DNA of 64,000 bases, taken from an uncultured Bdellovibrionales bacterium (GTDB lineage Bacteria; Myxococcota; XYA12-FULL-58-9; CAYXVF01). This document shows positions 60,817 through 64,000 of this stretch, piece by piece. The notes below the pieces were generated by a model. The model saw only the letters and a program-made list of their open reading frames with translations. It did not search any database and was not told where the DNA came from. The translations under genes were made by a program, and so were the position numbers. Location: the NCBI GenBank assembly GCA_964468125.1, contig CAYXVF010000004.1, positions 26,605 through 90,604 on the forward strand, written 5' to 3'. Position 1 is the first letter of the stretch, and every line of letters begins with the position of its first letter.

Positions 60817-62340
60817 GTGAAACGGAAACGCGTGGCTGTTGTAGGTGCCGGGATGGGTGGGTTGGCCGCCGCCATCGACCTCTCTCGAGCAGGCCATGCG
60901 GTCACCGTACTCGAACGGCGCTCAGCACCGGGCGGAAAGATGCGCGAGGTGCAGGTCGGGGACGCGGCGGTGGATTCTGGCCCAACGGTTCTCACGATGC
61001 GCTGGGCCTTCGAAAACCTGTTTCGCGATGCGGGCGCGGCGCTCGGTGAGCGCGTGACCTTGCGCAAGGCGGACATTCTCGCGCGGCACGCCTGGAGCGA
61101 GACCGAGCGACTCGATCTCTTCAGCGACGACGAAAAGAGCGCCCACGCGATCCGAGAGTTCGCCGGTTCCGATGCTGCACAGGGCTACCTCGCGTTCCGA
61201 AAGCGCGCCCGGGAGATCTACGAAACCCTCGAACACACCTTCATTCGAGCTTCGCAACCGTCGCAGCTCGGCTTGGTACGGCGCTCCGGGGGTTTGGTCA
61301 GCCTGCTGAAGATCAACCCGTTCGAGAGCATGTGGAAGGAGCTCTCCCGCCACTTCGCCGATCCGCGTTTGCGCCAGCTCTTCGGTCGCTACGCGACTTA
61401 TTGCGGCTCGAATCCCTTCGAGGCACCCGCGACCCTGATGCTCGTCGCGCACGTCGAGCTCGATGGCGTGTGGATCATCGAGGGAGGCATGCAACGGCTC
61501 GCCGAAGCGATGGCGAAGCTCGCGGCCGAGCTCGGAGCGGAGATTCGCTATGACAGCGCGGTGGAAGAGCTCGAGCGCGAAGGAGGCAAGGTTCGCGCGC
61601 TCCGCCTTGAGAATGGGGAGCGCATCGAATGCGACGCGGCGGTCGTCAACGCGGCACCGTCGGCCCTAGCGCGCGGATTCCTCGGCGACTCCGTACGCGG
61701 TGCAACGCGCCCTCTCGCGCGCTCAATGCGGTCGCTCTCGGCGATCACCTGGACCCTTCATGCGAAAACCCGAGGCTTTCCGCTTGAGCGCCACAACGTG
61801 TTTTTCAGCCGCGATTACGAACGCGAATTCCGCGAAATCCTCCAGGAGCACCGATTTCCCTCCGAGCCCACGGTTTACGTGTGCTGCCAGGATCGAGGTC
61901 ATGGCTCGGTTCCGGATGGCGCGGAGCGATTGTTCATGATCATCAATGCCCCGCCAGTGGGTGACCAACACTCATTTTCCGAAGCGGAGATCGAAGCATG
62001 CAAGACGCAGACGTTCTCAGTCCTGGAGAGGTGCGGCCTGACGATCGAACCGGGACCGACGGTGGTCACGACACCCAACGACTTCGAGGCGATGTTTCCC
62101 GGGACCGGCGGGTCGATCTACGGGATGGCGACGCACGGCTCGCGCGCGTCGTTCAAACGCCCGAGCTCTCGAAGCAAGATCCCGGGGCTCTACTTCGCGG
62201 GCGGGGCGACACACCCGGGAGCGGGTGTGCCGAATTCGACCGTATCCGGCCGGCTCGCCGCGGCCGCGGTGCTGGAAGACTTCGATTCGACGTCCTGGTG
62301 GGCTCCCGCGGATATTCGTGGTGGTACGTCGACGCTCTGA
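60817..62340 (+). CDS. crtD: Carotenoid desaturase of the phytoene-desaturase family (CrtD-like hydroxyneurosporene desaturase).
   Basis: FAD dinucleotide-binding motif VAVVGAGMGGLAAAIDLSRAGHAVTVLE. 507 aa. Adjacent to crtC. Confidence 0.75.
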   Translation: MKRKRVAVVGAGMGGLAAAIDLSRAGHAVTVLERRSAPGGKMREVQVGDAAVDSGPTVLTMRWAFENLFRDAGAALGERVTLRKADILARHAWSETERLDLFSDDEKSAHAIREFAGSDAAQGYLAFRKRAREIYETLEHTFIRASQPSQLGLVRRSGGLVSLLKINPFESMWKELSRHFADPRLRQLFGRYATYCGSNPFEAPATLMLVAHVELDGVWIIEGGMQRLAEAMAKLAAELGAEIRYDSAVEELEREGGKVRALRLENGERIECDAAVVNAAPSALARGFLGDSVRGATRPLARSMRSLSAITWTLHAKTRGFPLERHNVFFSRDYEREFREILQEHRFPSEPTVYVCCQDRGHGSVPDGAERLFMIINAPPVGDQHSFSEAEIEACKTQTFSVLERCGLTIEPGPTVVTTPNDFEAMFPGTGGSIYGMATHGSRASFKRPSSRSKIPGLYFAGGATHPGAGVPNSTVSGRLAAAAVLEDFDSTSWWAPADIRGGTSTL

Positions 62341-63224
62341 GCGATGACGGACAACATGGACTGACCATAATTGGCTTCATCGGGAGCGTATTCTCACCCT
62401 ACTACGCCTGGACCGATTGGCGAGCTCCGGAGAATCACTGCGCGATCAACGTAGCCCTCTACGGCCCGCAAAGCCGCTGGGCCATGACCGAGCGCGGTGC
62501 AGCGAGCCTCGAGCGCGATAGAGACGAGCTTCGCGTGGGACCGAGCCACATGCGTTGGGAAGACGACGGCTTGACGATCGCGTTCGATGAGATCGGTTGT
62601 CCGCTGCTACGCCGGGTCAAAGGACGCGTGCGGGTGGAACCCGAGTGCGTAAACGAAGTTGGATTCGCGATCACCAATCGGCACTCCTGGTGGCCCATCG
62701 CGCCGAGTGCACGCGTCCGGGTCGAGCTCGACCAACCTTCGATGGCATGGTCCGGACACGGCTATCTCGACTCGAATTGGGGTACGGAGCCGCTGCAAGA
62801 GGGCTTTGTCGATTGGAACTGGTCGCGCACCGGCGACGACGACGGCACCTTCATCACCTACGACTGTCAGTGTCGTGACGGCGCAGAGCGTACGACCGCC
62901 CTCGCTTTTGCACGAGACGGTTCCCTCTCGAGCTTCGAGGCGCCCCCCATGCGGCCATTGAGTCGCACCTTTTGGCGTGTGCCGCGCCAGGGCCGCGGCG
63001 AGCAGGCACGGGTGGTGCAGAATTTGGAGGATACGCCGTTCTACACCCGGTCCATTCTCGAAACGGAGCTGATGGGGCGACCGGTGAGAGGCGTACACGA
63101 GAGCCTATCGCTCGATCGCTTCGCGAGTACCATCGTCCGGCTGATGCTGCCCTTCCGCATGCCCCGGAATACGTTCGCCGCTCGCGCTCTCACCGGCCGC
63201 ACGGGCGGCTCGCTCACGCGCTAG
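62298..63224 (+). CDS. crtC: Hydroxyneurosporene synthase (carotenoid 1,2-hydratase).
   Basis: Conserved WWYVDALSDDGQHGLTIIGFIGSVFSPYYAW block. The proposed GTG start lies inside the crtD 3' end, giving an overlap of about 40 nt. Confidence 0.65.
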   Translation: MGSRGYSWWYVDALSDDGQHGLTIIGFIGSVFSPYYAWTDWRAPENHCAINVALYGPQSRWAMTERGAASLERDRDELRVGPSHMRWEDDGLTIAFDEIGCPLLRRVKGRVRVEPECVNEVGFAITNRHSWWPIAPSARVRVELDQPSMAWSGHGYLDSNWGTEPLQEGFVDWNWSRTGDDDGTFITYDCQCRDGAERTTALAFARDGSLSSFEAPPMRPLSRTFWRVPRQGRGEQARVVQNLEDTPFYTRSILETELMGRPVRGVHESLSLDRFASTIVRLMLPFRMPRNTFAARALTGRTGGSLTR

Positions 63225-63394
63225 GCTGCGGCGAGTGAAATAGAGGTCGACGAGCGCGACCACGATCACCGAGCCAAAGGTCAACACGAGCTCGGCGATC
63301 ACGAAGACGTTACTGCCCATCGCAGCACCTCAACACGAGCGTGACCTCGAGACGCTGAGGTCGTAGTTCGGCCAGTCTCGGGCGAAGAGCAGGC

Positions 63395-64000
63395 TCACGG
63401 GGCGGTGCCGACGCTCTGTACGGTCTCGGAGATCCGTTCGACGTCGCTGTAGGGCAGATTGAGATACCGGGCGCCCATGGCTGCCGCAAGCTCTCGGGCT
63501 CCTTCCTGACTTCGCGCACCCGTATCGACAAAGAGTGTCGAGGAGCGTGCGCTCAGAAGTGCCCGGGCGGATGCGAGAGCGTCCTCGCGAGCCTGGGAGC
63601 GGCCGCGAGTCCCATCGCGGGCGACGTTTGCACGCCCATCGGTCATGAAGACCAGCACGGGTGTCTGTCCGCGACGCGCGCTGTCCTTGGCGAGGACCAA
63701 CCCCGCATCGATGCCGGCCGCGAGGGGCGTTGCACCTCCGCCGGGAAGGCCCGCGAGGATTCTCTTGGCTCGGACGAGGGATTTCGTTGGGGGCAGTACG
63801 AGCTTCGCCCCGTCGTCGCGGAGGGCGATCATCGCCACCTGATCGAGACGCACATAGCAGTCTGCGAGGACTCGTTCGACCGCGCCCTTCGCTTCGGCCA
63901 GGCGCTGCAGCGCCGCCGACCCGGATGCATCGACCACGAAGATCGTCGTGGTCTCCGTGCGCTCCTGGTAGCGGTGAATTCGAAAGTCATCCTTGCGGAC
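63395..64000 (-). CDS. bchD: Mg-chelatase subunit D, C-terminal vWA domain. The gene is 3'-complete and continues upstream beyond the right edge of the window.
   Basis: TTTIFVVDASGSAALQRLAEAKGAV...PTKSLVRAKRILAGLPGGGATPLAAGI...MTDGRANV (vWA MIDAS: DxSxS...T...D). The reading frame is open to position 64000. Confidence 0.8.
   Translation of the reverse strand, partial: VRKDDFRIHRYQERTETTTIFVVDASGSAALQRLAEAKGAVERVLADCYVRLDQVAMIALRDDGAKLVLPPTKSLVRAKRILAGLPGGGATPLAAGIDAGLVLAKDSARRGQTPVLVFMTDGRANVARDGTRGRSQAREDALASARALLSARSSTLFVDTGARSQEGARELAAAMGARYLNLPYSDVERISETVQSVGTAP

Noticed and set aside
63105-63320. 71-aa minus-strand ORF with a hydrophobic helix between crtC and bchD.
   Set aside because: Overlaps the 3' 120 nt of crtC on the opposite strand. 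No start context or conservation evidence. Probably spurious.

Overview
This 64-kb window is high-GC (roughly 68%) bacterial chromosome with Myxococcota-like hallmarks: PilZ-kinase fusions, an AgmX/PglI-domain protein, ACIII next to caa3 oxidase, and a large NAD-GDH.

Left third (0.7-8.3 kb, minus strand): a lytic transglycosylase, then three translationally coupled large ORFs. The first is an unusual fusion of an Hsp90/MutL-type GHKL ATPase, two TM segments and a transglutaminase-like domain. The two downstream large proteins are unrecognisable.

Middle (9.3-35 kb, plus strand): alaS, a SAM methyltransferase, a PilZ/Hsp70-like protein, a 1591-aa NAD-glutamate dehydrogenase and an AgmX/PglI protein. 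These are followed by a complete Alternative Complex III operon (actA, B, C, fused actD-actE, actF), an extra membrane cytochrome c, SCO1/SenC and a caa3-type cytochrome oxidase (coxB with cyt c domain, ctaD, coxC, subunit IV, extra subunit-III-like gene).

Right half (35.3-64 kb): a photosynthesis gene cluster in two blocks.
- Plus strand: an aerR/ppaA-like B12-binding protein, ppsR, bchG, a pucC/lhaA-family MFS gene and bchP.
- Minus strand: a crtF-bchC-bchX-bchY-(bchZ remnant)-pufQ-like-pufB-pufA-(pufL remnant)-(pufM pseudogene)-pufC superoperon.
- Other PGC genes: divergent crtD-crtC, and the start of bchD running off the right edge.

Between the two blocks sit a secreted protein, a PilZ-Ser/Thr kinase, a Tat-exported HiPIP followed by a strong terminator, a truncated GNAT gene, and a hypF-hypC-SIS-hypD-hypE-hypA-hypB-Ni transporter operon directly downstream of pufC.

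Main observation: the reaction-centre core genes are damaged. pufL is reduced to 12 codons. pufM carries an internal deletion, at least two frameshifts and an in-frame amber codon. bchZ survives only as an in-frame remnant fused to bchY. The surrounding bch, crt, pufBAC and regulatory genes look intact. PpsR-type TGTCAA-N6-TTGACA palindromes sit at three PGC promoters.

No rRNA, tRNA, CRISPR or transposase was recognised.
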